Under the pieces are notes generated by a model. That model did not search any database and was not told the origin of the DNA. It saw only the letters and a program-made list of their open reading frames with translations. The translations under genes were made by a program, and so were the position numbers. A stretch of 64,000 bases of DNA from Curvularia clavata (Eukaryota), in contig CP089277.1 in the NCBI GenBank assembly GCA_023920165.1, positions 2,728,001 through 2,792,000 on the forward strand. The letters are read 5' to 3'. This document shows positions 47,750 to 60,099 of this stretch, piece after piece. Positions within the stretch are counted from its first letter, which is position 1; each line of letters opens with the position of its first letter.

Positions 47750-47791
47750 ACGCGTCGACGCGCCATGGCTGTAGCGTGGGCGCGTCGACGC
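47750..47791. promoter_or_regulatory. MCB-like (ACGCGT/CGCG) cluster in a 13-bp inverted repeat upstream of RNH203
   Basis: ACGCGT at 47750-47755. GCGTCGACGCGCC (47752-47764) and GGCGCGTCGACGC (47779-47791) are exact reverse complements. Confidence 0.55.
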
Positions 47792-48875
47792 ACGGACAAT
47801 ATGAGCGCATGCGAAGCTGCTCATCATGACGACTTTTTGACAGGAACCGGATTTTAAAGGCGTTCAAATATAAGTGCTTTCTCCTGCCCTCCGTCTTCCA
47901 TGTTTTCTCTCATCTCTGGTCGACTTTCAGACCCAACATGTCGATCACGAAACACCCCGCAGTCGCTACATGAATACCTTGCGGAATCCGCGGTTGCCGC
48001 CGTTTCGACCCTCTGCCTTGGATACAGTGGACCTTTCGGCCTTACTCGTATATTACAACTCATCGCTGTAGGACATTCTATTATGTGGCACGGTTTGCCG
48101 GCGTCGATTCCCCCCCAGACTCTGATCGCAAGGCCCTCGAGTCTCCAATGACCCGAGACACTAAGGATTGTGCTGTGCATAACTTACCCCTCACCAGGAT
48201 CGGGATATAGAGGTGCTCTGAGACGCTAGACCGCGACCTTGTTACACAGCCAATTGTGCGTTTCAGCACTATTCGCAGTCGTGGTACTCGTCGTCAGCCA
48301 GGCGGAGAGTAAAATGCTGTTCGGACAGTCTTGTGTGCTTCATACGTTTTCCACGTGGTGCCCCGCGTGAAGAAACTCTGTCGCATCGTACTGTTTGGGA
48401 TGTCTAGGCCGGATCCATAGCGTCATCGATCACTCGAAGTGGCAAGGCTTGCTTGGTGATACTGCAAGTCAGATGGATCGCACCGCGCGTAGCTTCGAAA
48501 CGGCAGATGTAAACAATTGCTCCGTGTCGGGCTTCGGCCAGTCCGGCCAGCAGACGGCCAGCTCTTTATGTCGCCGTAACACGAGGCTGCTGCAGCTTTC
48601 GTTGTTCATATTCCTCGCAGCTTTTTCGTTCCAGGCGCTTTCACGATACCACATTGTTCCATTGCTTTTTCGCGCTTTTGTATATTTGTCGCACTGTGCT
48701 GTCTGTCTCAGCCCACCTCAATTGCGACACCGGAGCGTCTTGCTTTGCCCTCCACTCGCACATCTAGCTGCTTTGCACTCGTATTCAGACGCAAAGGTCA
48801 TTCCCGCTGGACCCTACACTCAATTGAGTATTTTGGAGAGGCAGTGTTACTTTAGAACGGGTATAATCTAAGAAC

Positions 48876-50352
48876 ATGGCAATTTACAGTTCCGTGACAG
48901 GAGCTGTGTCTTCAGCATTGAGCCCGGTTACGTCGCAAGCCTGGGGTCCATTGGTCAACCTGTGCAAAAATGGCACACTTGCGCAACTTCAGAATCTAAA
49001 ACATGGCAAGCTCGTGGTGTTCGAAGGTGGCTCCACGAAGTCTTCCGTTGCATTTGGTTCCGACAAAGAAGGCCTTCCAATTGCCTTCCTTGATGTGAAG
49101 GACGAGAAGTTCTGGGTGCGATTGGCTCTCTTTGCAGACATGGTAAGCTGTCAGATGCAACTGGGACTGCACGAGCAATTGCTCACAAATACAGGGCTTC
49201 GCGGAAAGCTACATGCTGGGAGAGGTTTCAACACCAGATCTGACGAAGTTTTTTGAGGTAAGATCTGACAACTGAAGAACGCCCGATTCGCAGATTAGCT
49301 CACAGATGCAGCTCTTCATCCTCAACCGCAACTACCTTTCCAATGGCTCTACAGTCACATCCGCAATCTCCTCCGGCCTTGCTGGTCTAATGAGGGGCAG
49401 CAACAACCTGAAGAATGCACGACTCAACATCTCCGCACACTACGACATTTCGAACGAAATGTTTGCCGCTTTCCTCTCGCAAGATATGACATATTCGTGT
49501 CCGATCTGGCTTCCAAAGTCGAATCCGTTGTCCGCGACCGAAACCCTCTATGACGCACAAATGCGAAAGCTCGACCGCTTCATCGATAACACACACATAA
49601 AGGGGACAGATCACGTCTTGGAGATTGGTACAGGATGGGGAAGTTTCGCTATGCGCGCAGTCGAGCGGACAGGCTGCAGAGTAACTTCCCTCACTCTGTC
49701 CATCGAGCAGAAAGAGCTAGCAGAAGAGCGTATACGGGCAGCAGGCATGTCCGACAAAATCACGGTTCTTCTGTGCGATTACCGTTGTCTTGAAGTCCCA
49801 GAAACAGGACCTTTTGACAAGATTGTGTCAATTGAGATGCTGGAAGCTGTCGGCAAAGAATACCTCGTCACGTATTTCCAGTGCATAGACAAACTTCTCA
49901 AGAAGGAGGGAGGCATCGCATGTTTCCAATGCATCACCATGCCCGATGCGCGCTATGAAGCGTATGCCAAGTCAGACGACTTCATTCGCCGCTACATCTT
50001 CCCCGGAGGCCATCTTCCCGCTGTCTCTGAGCTCGTCGCATCAATCCACACTGGATCAGCTGGGACGCTCGTTGTGGACAGCATAGAAAACATTGGCCCC
50101 CATTACGCCAAAGCGCTGCGGTTGTGGCGCGAAAAGTTCCTGGATAGCTGGGAATCGACCATCAAGCCGCAACTCATTAAGGAGAAGAGCGCAGAGGGCA
50201 TGGATGATGAAGGCGCAGAAATCTTCAAGAGGAAATGGGATTACTACTTTAGGTATTCTGAGGCGGGTTTTTCGACAAAGACGCTGGGAGACGTCATTAT
50301 TACGGTTGGCAGGGAAGGCGCTATGCAAATGATGGAGGAGGTGCCATTGTAA
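48876..50352 (+). CDS. Cyclopropane-fatty-acyl-phospholipid synthase-like SAM methyltransferase
   Basis: Three exons. ADM|GFAESYMLGE, NISAHYDISNEMF, DMTYSC, VLEIGTGWG, SIEMLEAVG, FIRRYIFPGG, HYAKAL, YSEAGF. Confidence 0.92.
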
Positions 50353-50518
50353 ATAGGGTCAGATTTTCGGTAACGGTTTTTGTAAATTGGGGAACTTATG
50401 ATGAATATATACCTTGTCTTTTAGCATGACGCTACGTGTTTCTATTTGTTTCTTTCTACACATTTTGTGCCTATACTATTCCCATAATAAAAAAAATGGT
50501 ACATGCCTAATTTCCCAT

Positions 50519-50675
50519 TCAATGTTCGGCATATCCGTGATCGAAATCTGGTAACTCGGCCTGGTACTCCATGGCTAGGATACTCGAGTCCATAACCGCT
50601 TCCACCGAGTTTCTGCCCACACGCAACACATTGGGATAGTATGCTTCTCTATCATGACCAGTCTCACTCGCCCGC

Positions 50676-50706
<31 letters not shown>

Positions 50707-52782
50707 GCTGCTGCTGCTGGTCCCTCTCAGCTGCAGGCGGCGAACGAGACGCCGAGCGTGATCGTGCCTGTGCTGGCAAAGATAATGGCTGCGGTCGATA
50801 CGCTTTGTATACGGCCAATGGTGCGGGAGTAAGCGGCGGTGAGGCCAACCCGATCTCCTGAGCGTCTTGTGCATGTGGAAACTCGAGGTCATCGTTTATG
50901 GGTTGGCGTTCTCGATTTACTCGTTCTTGCTCGTATTCCTTTTCTGACGGCGGTGTGTATGGTCTTTGGGTGTGCTTATCTCCGTGACCTGCGACGAGGC
51001 TCGTCGGGAGGTCCGTATTTCTGTTAATAGTGTCGGAAGGAGGGGCGGCGCCAGTCAAAGTGGTGAGAGGATTTGAGGTGTTGGTGTAGGGAAACATTGC
51101 GGATTCTATGTCTGCAGAAAGGGAAGCGATGGTGTCGTTGTTTTCGTTGGCTTCGGCTGGCATGGAGTCGAGTTCGTAGATTGGGTGTTGAGGCCCTGGT
51201 GCGGATTTTGTTGCGCGTGTGGGTGCTGCCGGCGGTGGCGGCGGTAGAGGTAAGGTCGGTGGTGGTGAGGATGGTTGATACAAGCCATTTGGTCCGACGA
51301 CTTGCAGTCTTCTCTGCTCTTCCTTCTGGTACTCGCATTGAGTCTCGACGTGCACTGGTGTATGCCTGTATTGTGTTGGTGTTGCTGACATCTCAAACAC
51401 CGCTGTTTGATGCTGCTGTTGTGGGTTTTGAGATTCAATGGCAGGTTTACAAGCCAGTGTTTGGTTGTGTACGTATGACGCGCGTGACCCTGAACGTTTG
51501 GCACCCGACCTCGTTAGAGATCGTCTATTTTGTATACTCAGTGTGGCTGGAAGAGGGCTGAATGGTACAGAGGGTTGGATGTTTGCAACGGGCTGCTGTG
51601 GAGGAGGCGGAGGAGGTACAATATTCTGCAGTGGTGCTGAAATCTTTCGATGTGTGTATGATTCTCCGAAAGGTCCGGCGGACGTGTCAATTCGTAGCTG
51701 CGGACCGCTAGATATCCGTTTGCCATTGTAGGCGCTAATGGGACGATATCTCGCTCTGGAGTCTGCCGATTGAGCTGTGACCTCAGGGGATGTAGAGAAG
51801 CTCGGAGGGCTTCTAGATGGTAGCCCCATGTTAACAGTGTGTCTAATTGATGACTTCTCCTTTTGCATCTGCTGGAGGCTTTCGAAATTGTTCATGCAAT
51901 GCGTTTTGGGTAAGGATGACGAGTGGTTCGAGCTCGGCAGGGAATTTGGTGGCCCGTAAGCAGATTGCGACCATGACTGGCTATTTTGAGGCAAAGAAGG
52001 ATTGATTGGTGTCACAGCCGGTGGTGGTGGCGGTGGTGCCTGCCCCGCCAGTATCTGATAGCATCTGCGTTGTTCGTTAAAAGGCAAGCTGGCGACAAAT
52101 GGCGTGTTCAGAAAGTTATGGTAGGTCGCTTTCTGATCCAACTGGCTTCGGGCTGATTGAACCTGGCCTCCATAGCTTTGGCACAAAAAGAGTACATCAG
52201 CACAAGGATTCCAGCTGAGGTTGCGCAACTTGCAAAGCTCGATGAGTGACTTCACCAGGTACAACATGTTCAAGCCTTTGAAGGTCCTAAGAATACCCCC
52301 GCAGTTGTTGCTCAACAGGACTACGTTATCTTTGAGGGTGCCACTGGGTGGTGTTCCGTATGAGCCTATTGTTTGTTAGTATAGAGTGGCCTTAGATACA
52401 AGAGAGACATCACCTGATGGTAGCAAATATACTTCGACCGTTGCAGGGCTTGAACATCCTACATCCTGAAATGATGGTCCTGTTTGTACTAATATCTTCG
52501 ACGGGGTCAATGGGTTGATACCCTCAGGCGATCGAAGTCTAATGCTGTCAGTAAAATCCATTTCATGAGACTAGTATAAACATACCGTCGATCTGATTCG
52601 ATCTTCTTTCTAATACGATTGAAGTCTTTGTCTTCATATGTGAAGTGGAGATCTGATACTTCGCGCCCATTTCCTAGGCAAAACATTTGGAATCCTCCCA
52701 GGATACTGTAGCTAAGCTTTTTACCCTCGAACATGTGACGGACATAGCTTGCCGCAGCCAAGATGTTTGCCTGAGGTGGCAT
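50519..52782 (-). CDS. Hypothetical protein: N-terminal nucleotidyltransferase-like fold plus long Pro/Gln/Ser-rich disordered tail
   Basis: Three exons join in frame: MPPQANILAAASY...ILGGFQMFCLGNGREVSDLHF...DRR|LRSP...VEVYLLPS|GSYGTP...ADVLFLC, then a low-complexity region. Confidence 0.65.
50675..50719 (-). repeat. Poly-Gln tract (Q15; CAG4-CAA10-CAG)
   Basis: Direct reading inside the 50519-52782 CDS. Confidence 0.9.
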
Positions 52783-53819
52783 CCTGTCTCCGCTTCCTGG
52801 CTGAAGCTTGTTCTCAATGGATTTCTCGACTTTGTAGTGTCCTATGATGTTTGTCGTGTTACGTAAAGTTGGATGCAGGGCTAAGCATTAGCTACAAGGA
52901 AAACATGAATCAGCGCTGGATGGACAGGAAATGTGTTGAGGTGGCGAAGCTTGATAGTTAGGAGTACTGGTCGGCCACAGCAAGAAGAGTATGTCGACGT
53001 GGGATGATTGTTCACTTGGGTGGCAGCACTCTGCTTAAGCCATCGTGGTCCCATCATCTTGGATGACCTCTCGTAAGCCCGTACGCTAGGGCCCGGCGGA
53101 TCCCCTCGTTTCCATTATTGAAAAGCCAATGTCCACAGTGCTGATGATACATCCTTGCTATAGGCCCGAGCCCCAGCAGCCGAATGGCAACAGCGCCGCC
53201 TGGGAGGGCTGAGCTACATAGCTGAGAGACATCCGAACGGCGTAACTGAATCCGGTTTCACATAAATCGCGAGATTTGTTCCTGCGAAAATGCGAAACAA
53301 GTCATGGGGCGAGGGACTGCTCGCTATCGTGATTTTCGTGGGTCTTCGTAGTGTGTAATCGAGGCTGAGTGGGTTAAATTTAGCAACGGGTGGGTCGGCC
53401 AATTGTGGCTATCCAACGGATCCGCGCTGTCCGTATACGAAGGTCGTCTAAAGAAACTTGACCTATGATGAGGTGTATAGAAGGCATTGTCTCCCATTGC
53501 TATAAAAAGCTGTTTGGCTCCGTGTTCAGTCGATATCTAGCACGAGACGCCGGCGCACGACAACGGTCACGTGATGTCAATCAAAGGCATCCCAAGCAAA
53601 TACAAATAATGTTTCTTGCATACAGAACTTTACTATTAGTTTCAGGTCTTTTAGTACATGATTTCGTTGTCAGAAGTGTTTGCGCATGCCCGGGCTGTAT
53701 GAGATGCTGCAGGTATGGTACAACGAGGGAATGAAGCAACCCAAGACTCGATGTGCCCCAAGAATATGAACGCTAGGAGGCTTGACCTTGCCATTGAATT
53801 GTAACCAACACCATTCTGT

Positions 53820-54114
53820 TTAAATACCACCGCCTGTTCTTGGTAATCAGCGTTGAAAGTCATCTGATGGAGCAAGATATGACCCACCGGATCGGTCAAC
53901 GGAGACTCCAAAGTCACCATTGGCACGTACTCTCTGCTTGTCGGCAATGGTGCGTGACTTGAGAGTGAAATAGCCACCTCCAAGTGAGAGGATTGAGAGG
54001 ACTGCCATGTTGCGGGGTCTGGAGAGAAAGGCGGTGTCAGCTAGTCGTTGGGATGCGGAGGTGAGCTGGATAGCCCACTGACTCGACTTACGTGAGAAGT
54101 CGGGAATAGATCAT
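53820..54114 (-). CDS. 55-aa single-TM microprotein, three exons
   Basis: Exons 54114-54092, 54018-53888 and 53833-53820 (23+131+14=168 nt) give MIYSRLLTPRNMAVLSILSLGGGYFTLKSRTIADKQRVRANGDFGVSVDRSGGGI*. Introns GTAAGT..GCTGAC..CAG and GTGGGT..GCTGAT..CAG. Confidence 0.75.
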
Positions 54115-54451
54115 GTTGTACTTTGGGTGTGTCTGTCACTGGTAACTGGTATATTGGGCGGGATGAAGGATGAAGGACAGCTCCAAGGTGGAGTAGATTT
54201 GGGAGGTCCCTTGGCTCCGAGCGGTTCCATCGTCTGATGCGTGATACATTTCCCCTCTCGGCCTGGACTATGACGGCAATGCAACTTTCCCCAGATCGGC
54301 GGCTGGTCCCCACCGCGCCTAGACCCCCGCCCTCATAGCCAATGGGTGCTCGCTGCCGCCGATGCGCGACCGCCCGGCAGAAAAAGTTCGGCAACTTTGG
54401 AATGCGCGCCGCGATGAAAGCTGCTGGCTGCACTTACACCAAAACTGCGCA

Positions 54452-56652
54452 ATGCCTCTTCCAAAGCGACAGCCCTTGCCAAAGAAGGCCGAAAAGGCCG
54501 AAAAGGCCGAAAAGGCCGAAAAGGCCGAAAAGGCTAGTGCGCCTTCTAGTAAGTTCTGCGACGCTGATTTGCGAGAGTCGAATAGTGTGCTTACAATCAA
54601 CTCATAGGCGACTCGCGATTCGCAAATTTCGAGACGGACCCCAAGTTTCGACTGCCCTCCAAGAAACACACCAAGACTAAGCTCGATCCCCGGTTTGCGC
54701 GCATAAAAAGCGACCCAGACTTTTACAACAAGGCCAAGGTCGACAAGTATGGCCGGAAGATTTCCAAGGACGCAGGGAAGAAGGTTGTGGAAAGGCTGTA
54801 TGAGATAGACAGCGATGAAGATGACGAAGACAACGAAGAGGATGATGAGCCCAAACACCCTGCCGGATCGAAGCGGGATAAGGCTGTCATGAAGGAGATG
54901 AAGAGGGTCGAGCAGCAAGGTTTTGATCCAATTCGAGATGGTGGACTCGAGTCTTCATCAGATGAAAGCTCCAGCGATGAAGAGGAAGAAGCCGACATTT
55001 ACGAGCAGGCCGAGCTCGCTGGGGACGGAAACGAGGTCCCGACAGGTGATATTTCGGCGCGCCTGGCTGCGGTCAACATGGACTGGGACAACATCCGCGC
55101 AATCGACATCATGGCCGTAGCGAACTCTTTCGTACCAGCCGATGGAAGAATTCTCAATGTCGTCATATACCCCAGCGAGTTTGGCATGGAACGTCTACAA
55201 CGGGAGGAAATTGAAGGCCCACCCCGCGAGATCTTTGCCTCCACAGCAAACAAGGATAAGAACAACATTGGTGTGTCTGACCATGATTCTGATGCCTCAG
55301 ACACAGACGGCGAAGACCAGGCAAACGCTACTTTACAGACAGAGGAAACTGGCGAAGAGTTCGATTCGACTAAGCTGCGAGCCTATCAGCTTGACCGACT
55401 ACGATACTACTACGCTGTCATTACATGCTCTTCCGCCAACGTCGCAAAGTCCATCTATGACAATCTTGACGGCCGGGAGTATCTCACGAGCGCAAATTTC
55501 TTCGATCTGCGCTTCGTTCCTGACGGCACAACCTTTGATCAGGATCCTCACGACGAATGCTCAAAGTTGCCTGATGGCTACAAGCCAAACGAGTTTTCTA
55601 CGGACGCACTTACTCACTCCAAAGTGAAACTGACCTGGGACGCTGACGATGCCACTCGGAAAGAAGTACAGAAGCGCGCATTCTCGCGCAAGGAAATCGA
55701 TGAAAATGAACTACAGGCATACCTGGGTACAGATTCATCATCCTCTGAGGATGAAGAGGAGGCAGCCAAGGCTGAGAAAGCGGCAAGTCTCCGGGCGGCT
55801 TTAGGCTTAGAGGCTCCTGGCAAAACTTCAAAGTCCAAGAGTAAGTCTTCTGCGAAGAAAGATCGCGACTTCCCAAAGCCGGATAGTGAGATGCAAATCA
55901 CTTTTACGGGCGGGTTATCGAAAGACACTGGCAAGGGCGGTGTATTTGAAAACGATATTCCGGTGCAAGAGACGACCATGGAGCGATACATCCGAAAAGA
56001 GAGGGAAAGGAAAGCAAGACGTAAAGAAAGATTCGCCGCTAGGAAGGCTGGCCTAGATCCCGACGCTCCTGTTGAGCAAGAAGCTGCTAAGCAAACAAAT
56101 GCGGACGAGGATGATCCGTTCAACGACCCATTCTTTGCTTCTGATCCTGAAGAAGCGGCGAAGGCTTCAAAGCAGGAAGCCAAGAAGGCTAAGAAGGCGA
56201 AGAAGGCAGAGCAAGAGCTGCAGGATCAAGCAGCAGCAGCAGAACGTGCAAACCTTGAGCTACTCATGGCCGATGAAGACGACTCGAAAATGCGCCACTT
56301 CGATATGAACGAAATCGTCAAGTCAGAGAAGGCTAAGAAAAAGGGAAAGAAGGCCAAGAAGAACGCTCCAGTTGTGGAAGATAATTTCAAGATCAACACA
56401 GCTGATCCTCGTTTTGCGAAGCTGTACGAGAGCCACGAATTCGCTATCGATCCTACGAACCCTCGGTTCAAAGAAACTGCGGCTATGAAGGCGCTGCTAG
56501 AAGAGGGTCGCAAGAAAAGAAAGCAAGGAAAGGACGGCGATGAGCCCGAGATGGAGCGTGATACTAAGAAGTCAAAGCAAGATATGGTGACTGGGGATGA
56601 CGACATCAAGAAGCTAGCGGCGCGGGTCAAGGCAAAGACGAAGCAGAAGTGA
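54452..56652 (+). CDS. ESF1: Pre-rRNA processing protein Esf1
   Basis: Exon 1 MPLPKRQ...APS, intron ~54549-54608, then DSRFANFETDPKFRLP..KLDPRF, RLAAVNMDWD, YPSEFG, LRAYQLDRLRYYYAV, DLRFVPD, HSKVKLTWD and NUC153 DPRF...FAIDPTNPRFKET. Confidence 0.95.
54485..54534 (+). repeat. Perfect 9-bp tandem repeat (AAGGCCGAA)x5.5 encoding (KAE)n in ESF1 exon 1
   Basis: Direct reading. Confidence 0.92.
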
Positions 56653-57140
56653 AGTGCGTAGACTAGAGTTGTGTTTGATACCCGTAGATTCCGCTTGGAT
56701 GTCCCCAAAAATTATAGTATTTCAATAGTGCAACACTGCTTCATGGTGCCTCGTTATCTCTCTTTCCACACATCTGGTACCGAAATATCTTCTTCCCAAA
56801 CCTTCACTCCTGGACGTCTCATAACCTTTACATCTCACGATGCTTTTTCACAGACTGCATTGCTGCTTTATCCAGTACTCATTTGGCTCATGTCCCTCCG
56901 CGACCCTGTGCTATCTCTGCACTTTCATTTGCTACCAAGGCACAAACATGAACCACTTTCAACAGCACTGAATCTCTTTGCAGAAATTGTGCTAGTGGAA
57001 TTGAGGCAGACGTTGTCAGCATTAACGTGTCAAAGACATGTTTTGACATAAGCGCCCCAGCTTACGGGCGACCTAATCAATTACGTTTCCCTTGGTCATT
57101 GCAAGTTTTCGTAGCAGATCCTATCGTTTTTTCCAAATCC

Positions 57141-59759
57141 TCATGGCTCTTGTTCTTCTATCGCCTCCAGCCTCGTCTGTACCATGCTCGGATTCGACTG
57201 GCCCTGTTCATCAGTCCAACAACGCAAAACCTCTTCCCGCATTATTCTTCGGGGCGCCCTCTTCCCTGTAAACAGTTCAAACTGTGCGAATCCCTGCTCA
57301 GGTAAAAGGTCAAGACCATCCAAACAAATCCAAGAGGCCAATGCTTCTTCCCGGACCTGCTTGGTCAAAGGTGTGTTCAACGTCCGATAGGCGAGCTCAA
57401 TCACAACACCGCCAGAGGGAGATTGCATCCAATGTGTAGGGAGAGTGAACTCAGGTGAAGGCTCGTCGCCCACTGAGTGAGTTGGTATGCAAGACACAAT
57501 GACTGTCGCAGCGCGAAAATCCTTAGGCCATGCTGACTCTCGAGAGGCTAGTATACGGAATGTAGGTTGCGAGTTTTGTACAAAGGATGGAAATAACTTG
57601 GCGGCGGCCGGACTTGCAGCTAGGCTAGAGAAATATGTGACGAGCTTTTGCGCGTTCTCAATTGTCCGGTTGAAGATAGCGATGTTCTTGATGCCGAGGT
57701 GGAGCATGGCGTAGATTGCGGCGCGCGCCATGCCTCCTGCGCCGATTACAAGGGCTGACGTTACAGCAGGTCGTACGGCATTCGCTGGCGATAGACCGCG
57801 TCTGATACATGAGCGGATTCCTATCCAATCGGTATTGTCCCCGTAGAGCGCTCTAACGGGTCCGGACTGATTTCGCTCTTGGAAGAGCTCGTAACTTTCG
57901 GCATCAGGGACGCTACCGTCAGCGTTGAGATGTCTAATAGGAAGAAGCGTGTTGATGGCCCCAATTGCTTGGGCGTGTTTGCTGACGGAGTGTGTAAGAG
58001 CGATAGCTTCGACCTTGAATGGCTGACTGACTGCAGTGCCGCCAAAGTTCGGTTGTCTTAACAGTTGTTGTATCTTGTCGTCTAGCTCTAGAGTCACAAC
58101 TCGATCAAAGCGATGTGGCATGGCGCATGCTCGATACGCCGCGTTGTGCATTGCTGGACTTAGACTGTAACCAACTGCAGCTCCGATGATGTAAAATTGC
58201 ATAGGGTCATATGTGAATGAAGCGTACAAAATATGTGTTGCTTCTGTGACAGTGAGCCATGATGTTTCTGGGTTAGCTCGTGTTCTTTCTGCAAACGTTT
58301 CGCTCTTTCTGAGTTTCTCCGGAATTACTGGTGTGAGAACCTGATTAAAGCAAGCAGAACGGCGCCCTGCTCTTCCGGTATTGTAACATATCATCGGTAT
58401 CCGTTGAGACTTGGCGTATATTGTGTTTCGAAAAGATTGGATAGCGGCGTTATCGTCCATGAAGTTGGCGGGTCGTGTGAAGCGTACAACACTGCAGCCC
58501 AGCCGCATGGCTGTGTCGTACTTCTCAAGCCAAAACACATCGTACCAATCCATTGCGGCGTGGAGATGACCGATAATCTTTGTTGACCCTCGCGATGCGA
58601 CAACGGCTTGTATCAGCTCTTCATCCATGGTTAGATCGATTGTCATGAATTCTGGCGCCATTCGCAGGCCATGCCATAAACAAGCAAGATATGAGGCCGT
58701 AGAATAGGCCGAATTTGTTGAGGTAGGCATGACATGGTAGATGATTGGGGTAACTGTACTCCTCCGGACCTTGGACATGCTTTTACTGATATTCTCAGCA
58801 TGCTCTGCAGTCAGTTGCTTGGGTTCCACAACGATCTCGAATGCGTCGCAACCAAATTCTAATTCTTCAATATCGACATCCTCGGATGTAAGATCTGATA
58901 GCTGCACCTGAACAGCACATGTATAACTTCTCAGCTCCAGATCAACGGAGGATAGCGGAAAGTGGCCGGGATCCAGCGTTGGGACATCGCTTTTTATGCC
59001 ATGGTCTTTATTTCTCGGTGACAAAATCAGAGCCAGAAACTTGAAAAAAGTCCGCTCCGCTCTCTTTAGTGTGAGAAAGGCGGGCACGGAGCGCTGATAT
59101 GCAGGTGCAACTGAAAGATGCGACGCGTCCTTCTCAGAAACATTGTAGAATTCGTAATTGGAGCATCGTCGGAACACAGGCGTGCTGATCGCAATCAATT
59201 CCCTGACCTTGGCTTCATCGGTTTCCAGGTATTCACGCACACTGCGGGAATCCCGAGTGATGTGGATGACGGGATGCGACACTGAGAATTCGCGCAATAG
59301 GGACTGGCAGTTGTTGTCTAAGTGGAAGCTCCCACTACAGACAATAATTGCGCCTTTGTCGTATGTATGGAGTACATCGCGTAGGACCTCGTCTTGGCGA
59401 AGACTGCGATTAGATGACCCGAATTGTTTTCGATACGCTGCTGTTGAGAAGCCGGTGGCAGTGTGAAAGACACTCTCCATGTCAATGACCCTGCGTTGAC
59501 AGGTCACAGAAGCCATCATAGCCAGTGTTGCTTTTCCAGTTCCATGCATTCCAATGAGGACAATTGACGCCCTAGGGTCAAACACTCGTTGAGGCTCATA
59601 CTGAGGAGGCCCTGGTGTAGACCTTGCCGAATTGGGTTGACTTCGTTGCTTGCACACAGGCGGAGACGGTGTTGGGAGTGAAGCGCGCCCATCTCGCGCT
59701 CTGCTATCGGCCTCCATTGTTGCGAACGAGCGTTTTGTACCGACCGTCACAGAAGCCAT
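57141..59759 (-). CDS. qutR: Quinate pathway repressor (QutR/QA-1S; AROM-derived shikimate kinase-, DHQase- and shikimate DH-like domains)
   Basis: SIVLIGMHGTGK, RRCSNYEF, SLSPAMHNAAY, IGAINT, NTDWIGI, LVIGAGGMARAA, LLPEQGFAQFELFTGKRAP. Divergent from a Zn2Cys6 gene. Confidence 0.92.
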   Translation of the reverse strand: MASVTVGTKRSFATMEADSRARDGRASLPTPSPPVCKQRSQPNSARSTPGPPQYEPQRVFDPRASIVLIGMHGTGKATLAMMASVTCQRRVIDMESVFHTATGFSTAAYRKQFGSSNRSLRQDEVLRDVLHTYDKGAIIVCSGSFHLDNNCQSLLREFSVSHPVIHITRDSRSVREYLETDEAKVRELIAISTPVFRRCSNYEFYNVSEKDASHLSVAPAYQRSVPAFLTLKRAERTFFKFLALILSPRNKDHGIKSDVPTLDPGHFPLSSVDLELRSYTCAVQVQLSDLTSEDVDIEELEFGCDAFEIVVEPKQLTAEHAENISKSMSKVRRSTVTPIIYHVMPTSTNSAYSTASYLACLWHGLRMAPEFMTIDLTMDEELIQAVVASRGSTKIIGHLHAAMDWYDVFWLEKYDTAMRLGCSVVRFTRPANFMDDNAAIQSFRNTIYAKSQRIPMICYNTGRAGRRSACFNQVLTPVIPEKLRKSETFAERTRANPETSWLTVTEATHILYASFTYDPMQFYIIGAAVGYSLSPAMHNAAYRACAMPHRFDRVVTLELDDKIQQLLRQPNFGGTAVSQPFKVEAIALTHSVSKHAQAIGAINTLLPIRHLNADGSVPDAESYELFQERNQSGPVRALYGDNTDWIGIRSCIRRGLSPANAVRPAVTSALVIGAGGMARAAIYAMLHLGIKNIAIFNRTIENAQKLVTYFSSLAASPAAAKLFPSFVQNSQPTFRILASRESAWPKDFRAATVIVSCIPTHSVGDEPSPEFTLPTHWMQSPSGGVVIELAYRTLNTPLTKQVREEALASWICLDGLDLLPEQGFAQFELFTGKRAPRRIMREEVLRCWTDEQGQSNPSMVQTRLEAIEEQEP

Positions 59760-59882
59760 GGCTTTTGGAATCGCACTTCCGCTTCTGGTTTCGAAGTATG
59801 GACAGCTCAAGGTCACACATGATGTTGGAAGCCTCCATTGTCTTAGCGAATCACGTGATCGCCACTCTCCCCGCTTTTCCCT

Positions 59883-59898
59883 GGATAAATCCTTACCC
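59883..59898. promoter_or_regulatory. Putative QA-1F/QutA activator binding site
   Basis: GGATAAATCCTTACCC matches the Neurospora QA-1F consensus GGRTAARYRYTTAYCC at 15/16 positions; it lies in the qutR-qutA intergenic region. Confidence 0.65.
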
Positions 59899-60099
59899 TG
59901 CTACGGAACCGCTACCCCAGCTTTCCCCACCCAGCACCACTCGGACATCCACGTACATGGTTTCCTTGGCAAGCGGTCCGAGTAAAGCATGCTATACTCG
60001 GCTCCCGGTCGAGCTCCAATTTTCTCTGCCAGCAAAGTTTCGAGGTGGTACCGCGATACCTGAGCAATCTCTTCGCGACAAGGAGCCAGAGTGGGATTC

